In this document: piece by piece, positions 6,461 through 15,384 of the stretch
Position numbering within the stretch: the stretch's first letter is position 1
Layout: every line of letters starts with the position of its first letter
Virus record (IMG/VR): IMGVR_UViG_3300027828_000097
Coordinates: 1 to 24,361 of that record
Reading direction: 5' to 3' (one strand)
Source of the DNA: a virus
Taxonomy: Duplodnaviria > Caudoviricetes
Length of the DNA stretch: 24,361 bases
The notes under the pieces: generated by a model
Seen by the model: the letters and a program-made list of their open reading frames with translations, nothing else
Databases searched by the model: none
What the model was told of the DNA's origin: nothing
Made by a program: the position numbers and the translations under genes

Positions 6461-6477
6461 GTGAGTCCGTAGAAAAG

Positions 6478-8160
6478 CTATCTTCTGCTCATCCACGCTG
6501 GAGGGGCAGGCTTACGTCCTTCACAGTCAGCGATGAACTCTTCTAGGGCAGCTTCAAGAGCAGCCTCTTCAGCCTTACGTTCAGCATCCTCCACATCAGC
6601 GATCAGCCGTTCACCCCAGTAGGCGACAGCCTTTGCGAGGGTCTCTAAGCGGTCATCATGCTTCAAGGCCCCTCTGTCTTTAGTGATGTGGGATAGCTGA
6701 TAGAAGAGACGGTAGACGTTGGTGTCTACTGACTTGTAGTCGCTCTTGACTAGAGCCTTATCGATAACCAGCCGGTGTCCTGCAAGGGAAGGCTCAAGCT
6801 GTTCAATGATCCTGACTTCCTTCTGGCCGGACACTTTGTAATCTTCAAGGGTCACTGGGTAAACCTTGTTGATCACCGGGGAGAATAGCTTGGTCCACAT
6901 ACCGTCCCCGAAGTTATCCTCGATGAGGATACGGTTCACCTTCTCTTCCTTTGCGATCTGAGCGAGGGTGTTTAGAGTTTCCTCTGAGTAACCATGACCA
7001 CCTACGCCACCACACCTTCGGGCATAGATCATGCCTCTGAGCGTCTTGGTAACGGCGTATGCCGTCTCATCCTTCCCTCGACCTGATGGGTCAATGACCA
7101 TAACAGACCCTTCGTAGTCCTCGAAGCGGTCCGCTACCCACATCGGCTTGTGAAACCTGTCACCGTCGAACCCGACGTTGAACTGAGAGAGTTCCTCTAT
7201 GGCGTTCTGCTTGCCTGACCCATAGGTCACCTGAACGGGAGCCACATCCGGGTCCACGTCCATGACAATCAGGTCGTTGATCTTGAGGGGGTACTTCTCT
7301 TCGTCCGACAGACGCGTGTCGAGCATGAATTGTAGGGTGAAGCCGGTGGAGCTATACTCCAACTCGCGTTCCATCAGGTCTGCCTCGTCGAACCTCTCAG
7401 GGTCGGTAGGTGCACCACCGTGCGGGGAGCCTGTCCGCTCCATTAGGGAAGGGTCTCCCTCAATGTCCCTCAGGAGGGCCGGAGAGAGGTACTCGCCATA
7501 GTGTTTCAGATTTTCAGAGGTAGGGTAGCGGCTGGGCCAAACACGCACTGAGTATCCCTTAGAGGGCAGCAGACGGTAAATACTATCTTGAGACTGTGGA
7601 GTTCCCAAGTAAATCGTCTCCGCGTTCTGCTTACGGAGAGCCGCAGCTTCCTCTGTGCGAGCGGAGAGTTTCTCCCGCATTGTCTCGGTCTCCGAGTTGC
7701 TCGGAACCTCAACGTCATCAAACAGAAGGATGTCGCCACGGGAGCCTGTAAGCTGCCCGAAGATACCCACAGCTTTCACCGAGGGGGATTTATCCGGACG
7801 TGCTGGTCCAACATCAAAGATGAGAGTAGAGTCCCGTTGGCCGGGCTTGGCCCTCAGATGCGACAGAAACTCCACCTGATTGATTATCTGCTTAATGAAC
7901 GTGGTGATCTCTTGAGCGAAGGTCTCGTTGGCGGAGACCACGACAATCTTCAGATCAGGGTTCTTCCATAACCGCCATACGATATAGGCGGCTGTGATGA
8001 ATGACTTGCCCACGCCACGGAACGCCTGTATGAAACGCTTTGGGGGTCCGTCGGAGAGGAACTGGGCAATGTCATATTGTATTCTTGTAGGTTGCGGGAG
8101 GTAGAGTATCTTTGTCCAGACGAACCAGAGGAACTTTCTGAAGTCCTTCTGCATCGCCAC
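6478..8160 (-). CDS. terL: Terminase large subunit (T7 gp19-like); start codon uncertain (8154/8160/8187)
   Basis: Walker A QAFRGVGKS, Walker B ILLFDDVE, YLGTPQ, nuclease motif IDPSGRGKDET, and HDDRLE. Confidence 0.96.
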   Translation of the reverse strand: MAMQKDFRKFLWFVWTKILYLPQPTRIQYDIAQFLSDGPPKRFIQAFRGVGKSFITAAYIVWRLWKNPDLKIVVVSANETFAQEITTFIKQIINQVEFLSHLRAKPGQRDSTLIFDVGPARPDKSPSVKAVGIFGQLTGSRGDILLFDDVEVPSNSETETMREKLSARTEEAAALRKQNAETIYLGTPQSQDSIYRLLPSKGYSVRVWPSRYPTSENLKHYGEYLSPALLRDIEGDPSLMERTGSPHGGAPTDPERFDEADLMERELEYSSTGFTLQFMLDTRLSDEEKYPLKINDLIVMDVDPDVAPVQVTYGSGKQNAIEELSQFNVGFDGDRFHKPMWVADRFEDYEGSVMVIDPSGRGKDETAYAVTKTLRGMIYARRCGGVGGHGYSEETLNTLAQIAKEEKVNRILIEDNFGDGMWTKLFSPVINKVYPVTLEDYKVSGQKEVRIIEQLEPSLAGHRLVIDKALVKSDYKSVDTNVYRLFYQLSHITKDRGALKHDDRLETLAKAVAYWGERLIADVEDAERKAEEAALEAALEEFIADCEGRKPAPPAWMSRR

Positions 8161-8290
8161 CTCAGAGCGGGGTAATTGTTTCGTCAGAGCATTGTCTCCG
8201 TTTTAAGAGTCACTGAGCGCATGTAAGGAGGGTCGGGTAGGGTAAGCACCAAGAGGGCCTTTAAGCCCTCTCAGTGAGTCTCTGTGCGCC

Positions 8291-8551
8291 TCAGCGGGCC
8301 TTCATGTGAATAACGTTACCCTCGGCATCGAAGGAGACGCTCTCCAGCTCATCAGCGAGGGTGTCTATATGCACCTCTTCACGGGCTGGGGCATCAATCC
8401 CATTATCCTTCAGAAACTTGGCCGCCTGCGCTAGGAGAGACGCTTGGATAGGCTCTCCGCTTGCCTTACAGCGACGTATCTCTTCAACGAAGGAGTCGGC
8501 CACAAGGCCGTGAAGGGAATTGAGGAGTGCTTCTGTAGCGCGATCATTCAT
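8291..8551 (-). CDS. terS: Terminase small subunit (T7 gp18-like, 86 aa)
   Basis: MNDRATEALLNSLHGLVA...ASLLAQAAKFLKDNGI pattern, directly upstream of terL. Start at ATG 8551 overlaps the upstream gene's end. Confidence 0.85.
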   Translation of the reverse strand: MNDRATEALLNSLHGLVADSFVEEIRRCKASGEPIQASLLAQAAKFLKDNGIDAPAREEVHIDTLADELESVSFDAEGNVIHMKAR

Positions 8552-8756
8552 TGTTTTTGTCCTCGATCTCCGCTTTGATCTCTCTGAGCAGGTCTCTGAT
8601 CTCGTTGGTTTCCTGCTTGATTTCACGGAGCTGTTCAATCTGCTCATCTTGGCGGACGTTATCCAGCTTGTTGCTGATAACAGTACCACCAAGGGACAGA
8701 AGGCCCGCCACTGCGACGGCTTTGAGCGTCCCTGCTAGGAAAATGTCTTCAGTCAT
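8544..8756 (-). CDS. Small membrane protein with coiled-coil tail (holin-like position)
   Basis: One hydrophobic segment (AVAVAGLLSLGGTVI) and a charged heptad tail. It occupies the T7 gp17.5 position before terS. Confidence 0.6.
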   Translation of the reverse strand: MTEDIFLAGTLKAVAVAGLLSLGGTVISNKLDNVRQDEQIEQLREIKQETNEIRDLLREIKAEIEDKNNE

Positions 8757-8807
8757 TTTGGAGTTGAGACCCCGAGTTCACCTCAGGGTCTCCCTTGTGC
8801 GTGTGGA

Positions 8808-8969
8808 TTAGTACCGCCGCTTGTTGATGGAGCCTTTACGTCGGCCGCCACTGGAGCTTCCAGAGCGAGGGTCGATGTTGGGATTGCGAGCGTCACTATA
8901 CAGCCGATAGACGTGGTAGGCTACAGCTACTGCGGCAACGCCCAAGATGAGGAAGAAGATTGGTTCCAT
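8808..8969 (-). CDS. Small single-TM protein with basic tail (53 aa), not in ORF track
   Basis: Hand translation gives MEPIFFLILGVAAVAVAYHVYRLYSDARNPNIDPRSGSSSGGRRKGSINKRRY*. RBS AAAGGAAATCAAA-ATG. Confidence 0.75.
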   Translation of the reverse strand: MEPIFFLILGVAAVAVAYHVYRLYSDARNPNIDPRSGSSSGGRRKGSINKRRY

Positions 8970-8995
8970 TTTGATTTCCTTTAGGTTGATTTAGG

Positions 8996-9430
8996 TTACT
9001 GGGTGCCGATCTCAAAATCGACAATGATGCTTGGGGAGTAGACGGTCACGCCACCTGCGACGACCTTACAGCGGAAGGTGGCTGTTTCGACACCAACGTT
9101 GGCCTTTGTGAAGGTTGTTGTGGCGGCTGAGGGACTGTTGGCTGTGATCGCCGACGATCCACTTAACTTCTCCCAAGTGAAGACGTGGCCCTCGCCTCCC
9201 ACAGGGGTGCAAGTGACGGGGGCTGTTGTCGCGGGGGCTGACGGGCCTATCTTAGTGAGAGATGTTGGACTTAAAGATGCCGAGGTCAGTATGGAGTTAA
9301 TAACTGTCTTCCAGATACCGGCGTCCTTTATGTGAAGCTTCTTGACCTCTTTCCAGATACCGGCGTCCTTTATGTGAAGCTTCTTGACCTCTTTCCAGAT
9401 ACCGGCGTCCTTTATGTGAAGCTTTGGCAT
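8996..9430 (-). CDS. Tail-fibre-associated protein with 14-aa N-terminal repeats and a beta-rich, possibly Ig-like, C-domain
   Basis: KLHIKDAGIWK occurs three times. TAATG overlap couples it to the upstream fibre gene. The C-terminal domain is Thr/Ser/Val-rich. Confidence 0.7.
   Translation of the reverse strand: MPKLHIKDAGIWKEVKKLHIKDAGIWKEVKKLHIKDAGIWKTVINSILTSASLSPTSLTKIGPSAPATTAPVTCTPVGGEGHVFTWEKLSGSSAITANSPSAATTTFTKANVGVETATFRCKVVAGGVTVYSPSIIVDFEIGTQ
9309..9424. repeat. Perfect 42-bp tandem repeat, ~2.8 copies
   Basis: TTCCAGATACCGGCGTCCTTTATGTGAAGCTTCTTGACCTCT at 9309 and 9351, with its first 32 nt again at 9393. Confidence 0.97.
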
Positions 9431-12375
9431 TAGACCTCCATCCAGACGTCACCATCTGCGCCGCCGGTAGGGGCAGCCGCAGAGACTGTTATGGAGCCGG
9501 ACGCATGAGCTGAAGCTGCATGGCAGAGAACGGACCCCTTACCGTTGAGTTTTATGCTCTTATCAACAGTAAGCCTACCGTCGTTTGTCAGCGCCATAGC
9601 CCCTTGGGCGTTCGTATGGGCATCCTGCCCCCACCAGAAGCCTCGATTGGCCGTGGAGTTCATCTGGAAAGTCATGGCGAAGTCATTAAGGTCGCCATAG
9701 GTATAAGCGTTACCCATGCCGATACCATATAGGCTGCCACTCCACACACCTAACTTAACGCGCGCGGAGGTGGTTCTCGTCCTAATGCTGTCCACATCTA
9801 GGAGGCCAACGATGCTCACCCCAGCGCTTGTTGTCTGCAATTTAGTTGCACCGGCGTAGTGCAACTGTGTCATACCTCCGCTGAAGCAGTTCATCCCCCA
9901 AGTCCCATTAGACGTGGTTAAGCCTATGATGGTGGGTACGTTAGAATAGAGACGACCTCGTAGGGTTCCGTCCCCGCCGATTAACTTCAGCCCCACCACG
10001 GCAGCATCGCCACTCTTGAGGTTCAGGTGTTGGACATTACCATCATCATACAGCCTTACGTTGTCATTAAAGTGAAGCTGATTGACATAGTTGATGTCGG
10101 TGTTCTTCATATGCAGACTACCTGCCACGGTAAGCTTATAGCCACTTGCAGGGGCCACTCCGAGTCCAAGAGAGCCTGTGAGGGTTCCACCGAGGGAAGT
10201 TAAAACCTCCGCCCAAGAGCTCCAAACGCCAGCATCCTGCCCCCGGACGTACCACTTGTTCGTCCGCCAGTCGCCCGCGAGCTGTGTTTGATAAGCAGGA
10301 CTGTAGGCCATCGTAAGGAGAGAGTGGTCTACCCCAGTTGGTTTGTTTACGGCTGCGCCGAGCATGTAGTCAACGGAGAACCCTCTCCCATCCCCTACCG
10401 TATCCGGCGAGCCGGTGGCCCGATTAGCTAGCTCGGCGTTCACCACGATGTCAGCGTCACTGTTTCCGGGATAGAAGTATTCACCCCCGTTCTTAACAAA
10501 CAAGCCACGAACCTCAACCGTATTCCCCGCTTCGCCCAAGTACATCGTCTGGGTACTTGTGTGCCCATGCCAATGCTGGGACTGGAGAACATAGAAGCTA
10601 GTGTCCCACCTTGGGGCCGCCATCCCAGAGCTATATAAGGTCGAGCGCACGGTTCCGGCGTCTGTGAGAACCCTCTCTTTAGGCCCCCATGTTGTGCCAA
10701 TACCAGACCTATAATACAGTGCCGTATCTGCGGACCCCATCTCAGAGCTGGCAATAAGCTGCCAAGCCCTGTAACCGTCGGTCCACCCTTTCATCGTTAT
10801 CATGGAGTCCCATGTGGATACGGACCCGGTGATGTCGTCCGTAAATGATAAGGTCATTGCCTTATCTGTGAAGCCATCAGGGGTGGTGTCGCCATTAAGG
10901 CGGGTATCCTTTACAGCGAACCCGCCCGTTGCGGATATAATAGGGGCTGTAAGGGTTCCAGACAGCGTACCACCTGCTAAAGGAAGGTAGCTGTGTGTAT
11001 GTCCAATAGGTGAGTAGGCGGCATCGTGGCTGTGTGTGGTAAGGGCGAACGTGGAGGGGTCTAGGTTACCTGCGTGCCATACCTTACTGCTATTAACGAA
11101 TAGGTCGTAGTTCGCTATGATACTAGTACTCTTCAAGGTGAGCGAGGAGCCACCAATAGTTGTTACGATCATATTGCCTGCGGCGTCGGTGCCTGCATAG
11201 CCATCCCACACGCCGTCAGCGCCGTAGAAGGAGATGTAGTTCCAATCATTAGCTTCTCCCGCAGGGACGCGGAGAGAGAGAGCAACATCGCCGCTCTGCT
11301 GGACTGTAAGGGTTCCAGATAGCGTACCACCTGCTAGGGGAAGATAGCCATGTGTGTGTCCTAGAGGCGCATAGTCCGCGTCGTGGTTGTGCGTGTCCGA
11401 CGCATAGGGGTGTGTATGGGTATCCGCCTTACCGGCCAGAAAGCCGTCAACCTCCGCCTCCGTATAGTAGAGATCGTTGTGACTGTGGGAAGATGGGGCA
11501 TATATACCAGCATGGTCGTGAGACGTCAGGCTGTACCCGGAGGGGTCAAAGTTGCCGGAGTGCCACAGAGAGAACCCCTGAGCCTCCCACTGATCCCCCG
11601 TCTCGTTCCATTTTAGGGTAGCGCTGGGAAGCGTCCCTCTGTTGATCTCAAGCCCACCATCGGCGATAGGAGTTGATCCTGCGTAGGCCGCATTGAGCGT
11701 CAGGATGCTATCCCCTATGTCAACCTGATTGGAGTTGATAAAGTTAACCGCCCCGGTTACGTCGAGCGACCCGGTAATGGATACATCGCCAGTGAAGGCC
11801 GCACCAGAAAGAGCGGCGTACAAAGCGGGGTTAAAGGTAGCCGCTGCGGCGGCGCTGGCGGCGGCGTTCGTCTCGCTTGTAGCGGCGGCTGTGGCGCTTG
11901 TTGCGGCTTTTGTCTCACTGACAAGCGCGCTTGCCTCTGAGGTCTGCGCGTTGGCCTCGCTCAGCGCGGCGGCCTGCCTGTGGACTAGTGAGTTGGCCTC
12001 TGAGGTAGCGGCGGTAAGCTTATGCTGCTCCGCCAAGTCACGAGCAGCAAGGGAGGCATCTCGCGCGCTCTCAGAGAACCCTTGAGCGGACACTGAGGCG
12101 TTCTGCGCTATGATGGTGTCGGCAAGGGCCGCCTCAGCAGCAGCCTGCGCAGCTTGTGCGGAGCCGGTTGGTCCCGACACATCCAGCTCAAGACGGGCTG
12201 GGCATTTTACATAATAGACTGTCCCGAGGAAGTCTGTGAGAGGGTAGCGCCCATCACTGTATGGCCCGCCGGTAGCGGAACCGCTGAGCCAGTCCCGCAT
12301 CTCATCCTCTCGGAGAGACCACGCGGAGACCAGTTCGGACTGTTGCTGGGCGATTTGGGCGTTAGTGATGGGCAT
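9430..12375 (-). CDS. Second tail fibre / receptor-binding protein (981 aa)
   Basis: Ala-rich stalk, multiple HxH motifs, duplicated WH(S/A)GN(F/L)DPS and YLPLAGGTLSGTL fibre motifs, and C-terminal APTGGADGDVW. Confidence 0.85.
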   Translation of the reverse strand: MPITNAQIAQQQSELVSAWSLREDEMRDWLSGSATGGPYSDGRYPLTDFLGTVYYVKCPARLELDVSGPTGSAQAAQAAAEAALADTIIAQNASVSAQGFSESARDASLAARDLAEQHKLTAATSEANSLVHRQAAALSEANAQTSEASALVSETKAATSATAAATSETNAAASAAAAATFNPALYAALSGAAFTGDVSITGSLDVTGAVNFINSNQVDIGDSILTLNAAYAGSTPIADGGLEINRGTLPSATLKWNETGDQWEAQGFSLWHSGNFDPSGYSLTSHDHAGIYAPSSHSHNDLYYTEAEVDGFLAGKADTHTHPYASDTHNHDADYAPLGHTHGYLPLAGGTLSGTLTVQQSGDVALSLRVPAGEANDWNYISFYGADGVWDGYAGTDAAGNMIVTTIGGSSLTLKSTSIIANYDLFVNSSKVWHAGNLDPSTFALTTHSHDAAYSPIGHTHSYLPLAGGTLSGTLTAPIISATGGFAVKDTRLNGDTTPDGFTDKAMTLSFTDDITGSVSTWDSMITMKGWTDGYRAWQLIASSEMGSADTALYYRSGIGTTWGPKERVLTDAGTVRSTLYSSGMAAPRWDTSFYVLQSQHWHGHTSTQTMYLGEAGNTVEVRGLFVKNGGEYFYPGNSDADIVVNAELANRATGSPDTVGDGRGFSVDYMLGAAVNKPTGVDHSLLTMAYSPAYQTQLAGDWRTNKWYVRGQDAGVWSSWAEVLTSLGGTLTGSLGLGVAPASGYKLTVAGSLHMKNTDINYVNQLHFNDNVRLYDDGNVQHLNLKSGDAAVVGLKLIGGDGTLRGRLYSNVPTIIGLTTSNGTWGMNCFSGGMTQLHYAGATKLQTTSAGVSIVGLLDVDSIRTRTTSARVKLGVWSGSLYGIGMGNAYTYGDLNDFAMTFQMNSTANRGFWWGQDAHTNAQGAMALTNDGRLTVDKSIKLNGKGSVLCHAASAHASGSITVSAAAPTGGADGDVWMEV

Positions 12376-12383
12376 TCATTGGC

Positions 12384-12611
12384 CTACTCTGTGGGGTCGG
12401 AAGGGGTCTCTTCCTGCTTATCAATTTCATCCTGTTGCTGCTTCAGCAGTGCCTGCCCGAGCTGGACACCCTGCAACGAGCTGGATACTGCGTTGATCTT
12501 GGCCTCAACATCCGCCTTCTGCTTGGTAAGGCGACCAAGCTCTGCAAAGAGCTGCGTCTGTTCGTTCAAGAGGTTCTGCACCATTTCGGAAGGTTTGGCT
12601 TGTTGTTGCAT
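12384..12611 (-). CDS. Small coiled-coil protein (75 aa) between the two fibre genes
   Basis: RBS GGAGAAACCAAA-ATG at 12611; Gln/Leu-rich heptads. Confidence 0.7.
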   Translation of the reverse strand: MQQQAKPSEMVQNLLNEQTQLFAELGRLTKQKADVEAKINAVSSSLQGVQLGQALLKQQQDEIDKQEETPSDPTE

Positions 12612-12678
12612 TTTGGTTTCTCCATGTGAGGCGCGGGCGTGTGAGAACACAGAGGCCCGGCCTGATTAAGGTTAAGGA

Positions 12679-15384
12679 TTATTCCTCGGTTGAAATTATG
12701 GTCACGCGCTGAGAGATGGAACCCACAAGCGTGGATGCGTCGCCATCAGATATACGAGCGCGGTAAGTCCTGTCTGATGTGCTTGGGTCGGAGTCCGTCC
12801 AAGTTAGAGAGCCTGACAGGCTCCAGTCGGTGCGGGTGCCGCTCCAGTTGTTCTCAGCATTGTAGGACTCCCTGCTCCTCTTCGATCCTGTGAAGACTTG
12901 GGACATACGCGTTACCCATATGCCGCCAGTATATTCTTCAACATATAGCGTCAGGCTACCCCAAGAGGTTGTAGTATCGGATATTTCATCAAAAGGTATC
13001 CATGTTCCTGTCTCGTAGGAGCCAGAGATGGTAATGCTGGCGACAACCTGCTTGTTATTACCATTCGTGCCAAGAGGACCAACCGTGACGGACGCGTCTG
13101 CGGCCAGCGATGATGTGCTGGCGGACGTAGTAAGGATACCTGCGGATAAAGAGCCTCCATAGTAGGAGTCCCCGTTCGTCTTAATGTATGAAATGGCGTT
13201 CGCCTCGGTCATGAGATTAAGAGCCATCTTAGGCCCGAACCACTCAAGGAACTGGTTGGTTGACCCAAAGCCCAGCCCCATGACCTTTATGAAGACGCCA
13301 TTATCCAAGATGATCCGGCCGGTCCCCATGTTCATGTCCCCATTAAGAGAACCTGTAACAAGCTTGTTGATCGCTAAGTTCTTCACCATGAGGTCTCGGA
13401 TATAGGTGACTCCGTTATCTATCTCGAAGGGGATGGTCCCGTTCTGTGCACTGCCACCATCAGGATCAATGACGACGAACTTGTCCGCCCTTATCTTGAA
13501 TGTCCCGGAGGAGCCATCATTGTTCTGACTGAACCCGGTGATGTACCCGTTGACGTCCAAGGTAACCCCATACTTGGCCTCAAGGCCGTTCAGGGATGAA
13601 GCATGTTGTGTCAGTGTTGCCGTATTCCCGTTCACTGTGGTCGTCAGTGCCGTTACGTCCGAAGCTGTAGACGTTATGCTCCCCTCTGTGGCCGTGACGC
13701 GCGTCTCCAGCGCGGAGTAGGCGTTGGCGTTGCTAACAATATCCTGATCCTGAATGGCGACCCATGAGGTTCCGTTGGAGCGATAAAGCTTGCCGTCGTC
13801 GGAGTCCCACCAGAGGTCACCGGCCTTATGTGACGACGGGGCAATAGCTTGATAGTACGTCAGGGGGAGAGAGGACACGGAGGAGTCGAGGTTAGTGATA
13901 GAACCATTGATGGCTGTGATGTCACCTTCGGCCGTCGTCACGCGCCCTTGGAGGGAGGCGATCGCAGTGGTGTTCCCCGAGAGGCCGCCTTCAGCGGTCG
14001 ACATGCGGTTCTCTAGCTGAGTAATATCTGAGCTGATTGCAGCGTCGGCAGTAACCCGTGCGGACACTTCGTTTGCAATAGCGGCGGCGTTTCCACTTAG
14101 AGATACGTCAAAGCCGGATAGGCGAGTGCCAAGGGTTTCTCTGATAGTCGTGCTGCCTTCTTTGAATACCTGAACCGTTGTTTCATCCAGATACCAAGCG
14201 GCCCCATCGCCGGACTTAGCGCCCATGAGAGCGAGGTCTGAAGCCAAAGCCCCATCCCCATCAGCGCGAGAGGTTTGTTCCGCAAGGATGGAAGCTTCCG
14301 CCGCCGCGATAGCGCCCTCAGCAGTAGTTACGCGCGCGGCCAAGGCTGTTCGGGCGGATGCTTCTGCGCTATCCCCATTGGCCCTTGCGGTTTGCTCCGT
14401 AACGATAGCTGACGTGTTAGCTGCAATGTTGCTATTCACAGTCGCCAGTAGTGCGTCAACGCGTGTGGCCTCCGCTGTGTCGGCAGCTACTCTTGCAGAC
14501 TCCTCCGTGGTTATCGCTGACGTGTTAGCTGCAATGTTGCTATTTACAGTAGCCAGCAGGCCGTCAACACGTACGGCCTCCGCTGTGTCGGCCGCCGCTC
14601 TGGCAGATTCCTCTGCGGTGATCGCTGCAACATTATCCCCCACGGAGGCATCAAGGGCGGACAGGCGCGTTGCCAGAGAAGTCGTGGGATCAACCCGTAC
14701 CTTTTCCATGTTCAGGATATAGGCGAGGCTGTCAGCGGATTTTGCGCCGATGAGGTCCAGCTTCTCGTTAATAGCCGCGTCTGCATCAATGCGCGCTATC
14801 TGTTCATTCTGGATAAATGTAGAGATGCCTGTGCCGTCAATGTCCGCCAAGACGTCTACGGTAGCCTGAAGGCTTGTGACGCGCGCCGCCTCGTCCAGAA
14901 TGGACTGGGCGTTTAGATCAATGTCCGTTATGCGCTGCTGTAGGTCCGCGACGACTGCCGTGTTCAGGATTTCTTGAGCAATGGCTTCTTGTTTATCGAG
15001 GGCGGTGCTGCCCTCAATGAACGAGCCATCAGACAGGCGAGACAAGCCATCAGAAATGGCATCCTCATAGCTGTCTTGAAGTTCCTGCTGGATGTAGAAG
15101 ACCTGCGCCACAGCGGTATTTAGGTCTTGCTGTGTAAGCACAGAGCCATTCTGGAACTGAACCAATCGGCTATCCATAGGGGTCACCCGTTGGATCACAA
15201 CCTTGTCCCCAGCACCGGGGACGGTGTGTAGCTTAACGGTGCTATCGTTCAGCCAGCGGTGTGGGAGTATCTGTGGTGTCCCGTTGACAAGAACCTGAAC
15301 GTGCGCCTTAGAGAGATACGGAAAGGGGACACTGAAAGTATCCACCGATCCGTTGCCTGTGTAGGCTGCGTATGTAGTTGCCAT
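12679..15384 (-). CDS. Tail fibre with T7 gp17-like N-terminal attachment domain and DUF1983-like module (901 aa)
   Basis: The N-terminus (YTGNGSVDTFSVPFPYLSKAHVQV...FQNGSVLTQQDLN) is gp17-like. It is followed by a coiled-coil stalk and AKYGVTLDVNGYITGF...IRADKFVV...PFEIDNGVTYI. Confidence 0.9.
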   Translation of the reverse strand: MATTYAAYTGNGSVDTFSVPFPYLSKAHVQVLVNGTPQILPHRWLNDSTVKLHTVPGAGDKVVIQRVTPMDSRLVQFQNGSVLTQQDLNTAVAQVFYIQQELQDSYEDAISDGLSRLSDGSFIEGSTALDKQEAIAQEILNTAVVADLQQRITDIDLNAQSILDEAARVTSLQATVDVLADIDGTGISTFIQNEQIARIDADAAINEKLDLIGAKSADSLAYILNMEKVRVDPTTSLATRLSALDASVGDNVAAITAEESARAAADTAEAVRVDGLLATVNSNIAANTSAITTEESARVAADTAEATRVDALLATVNSNIAANTSAIVTEQTARANGDSAEASARTALAARVTTAEGAIAAAEASILAEQTSRADGDGALASDLALMGAKSGDGAAWYLDETTVQVFKEGSTTIRETLGTRLSGFDVSLSGNAAAIANEVSARVTADAAISSDITQLENRMSTAEGGLSGNTTAIASLQGRVTTAEGDITAINGSITNLDSSVSSLPLTYYQAIAPSSHKAGDLWWDSDDGKLYRSNGTSWVAIQDQDIVSNANAYSALETRVTATEGSITSTASDVTALTTTVNGNTATLTQHASSLNGLEAKYGVTLDVNGYITGFSQNNDGSSGTFKIRADKFVVIDPDGGSAQNGTIPFEIDNGVTYIRDLMVKNLAINKLVTGSLNGDMNMGTGRIILDNGVFIKVMGLGFGSTNQFLEWFGPKMALNLMTEANAISYIKTNGDSYYGGSLSAGILTTSASTSSLAADASVTVGPLGTNGNNKQVVASITISGSYETGTWIPFDEISDTTTSWGSLTLYVEEYTGGIWVTRMSQVFTGSKRSRESYNAENNWSGTRTDWSLSGSLTWTDSDPSTSDRTYRARISDGDASTLVGSISQRVTIISTEE
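14408..14623. repeat. Imperfect 108-bp (36-aa) tandem duplication in the tail fibre stalk
   Basis: GCTGACGTGTTAGCTGCAATGTTGCTATT at 14408 and 14516. Protein AIT.EESAR.AADTAEA.RVD.LLATVNSNIAANTS occurs twice. Confidence 0.88.

Larger units (their letters stand above)
5600..6477. other. Non-coding late/early junction: probable fused genome termini and packaging region
   Basis: Lies between terL and the early promoter, as T7 termini do in concatemers. It contains short repeats, inverted repeats, an IHF consensus and G-tracts, with no credible ORF. Confidence 0.7.

Noticed and set aside
5950-6546. ORFs 5950-6234 (-), 5957-6166 (+) and 6313-6546 (+)
   Set aside because: They are low-complexity translations of G-tracts and terminal repeats without convincing RBSs.
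9309-9424. Possible CRISPR array
   Set aside because: The repeats are contiguous with no spacers, keep frame inside a CDS, and no cas genes are present.
9430-15384. Diversity-generating retroelement or invertase shufflon acting on the tail fibres
   Set aside because: No reverse transcriptase or invertase is in the window, and the fibre repeats differ at synonymous sites rather than only at adenines.
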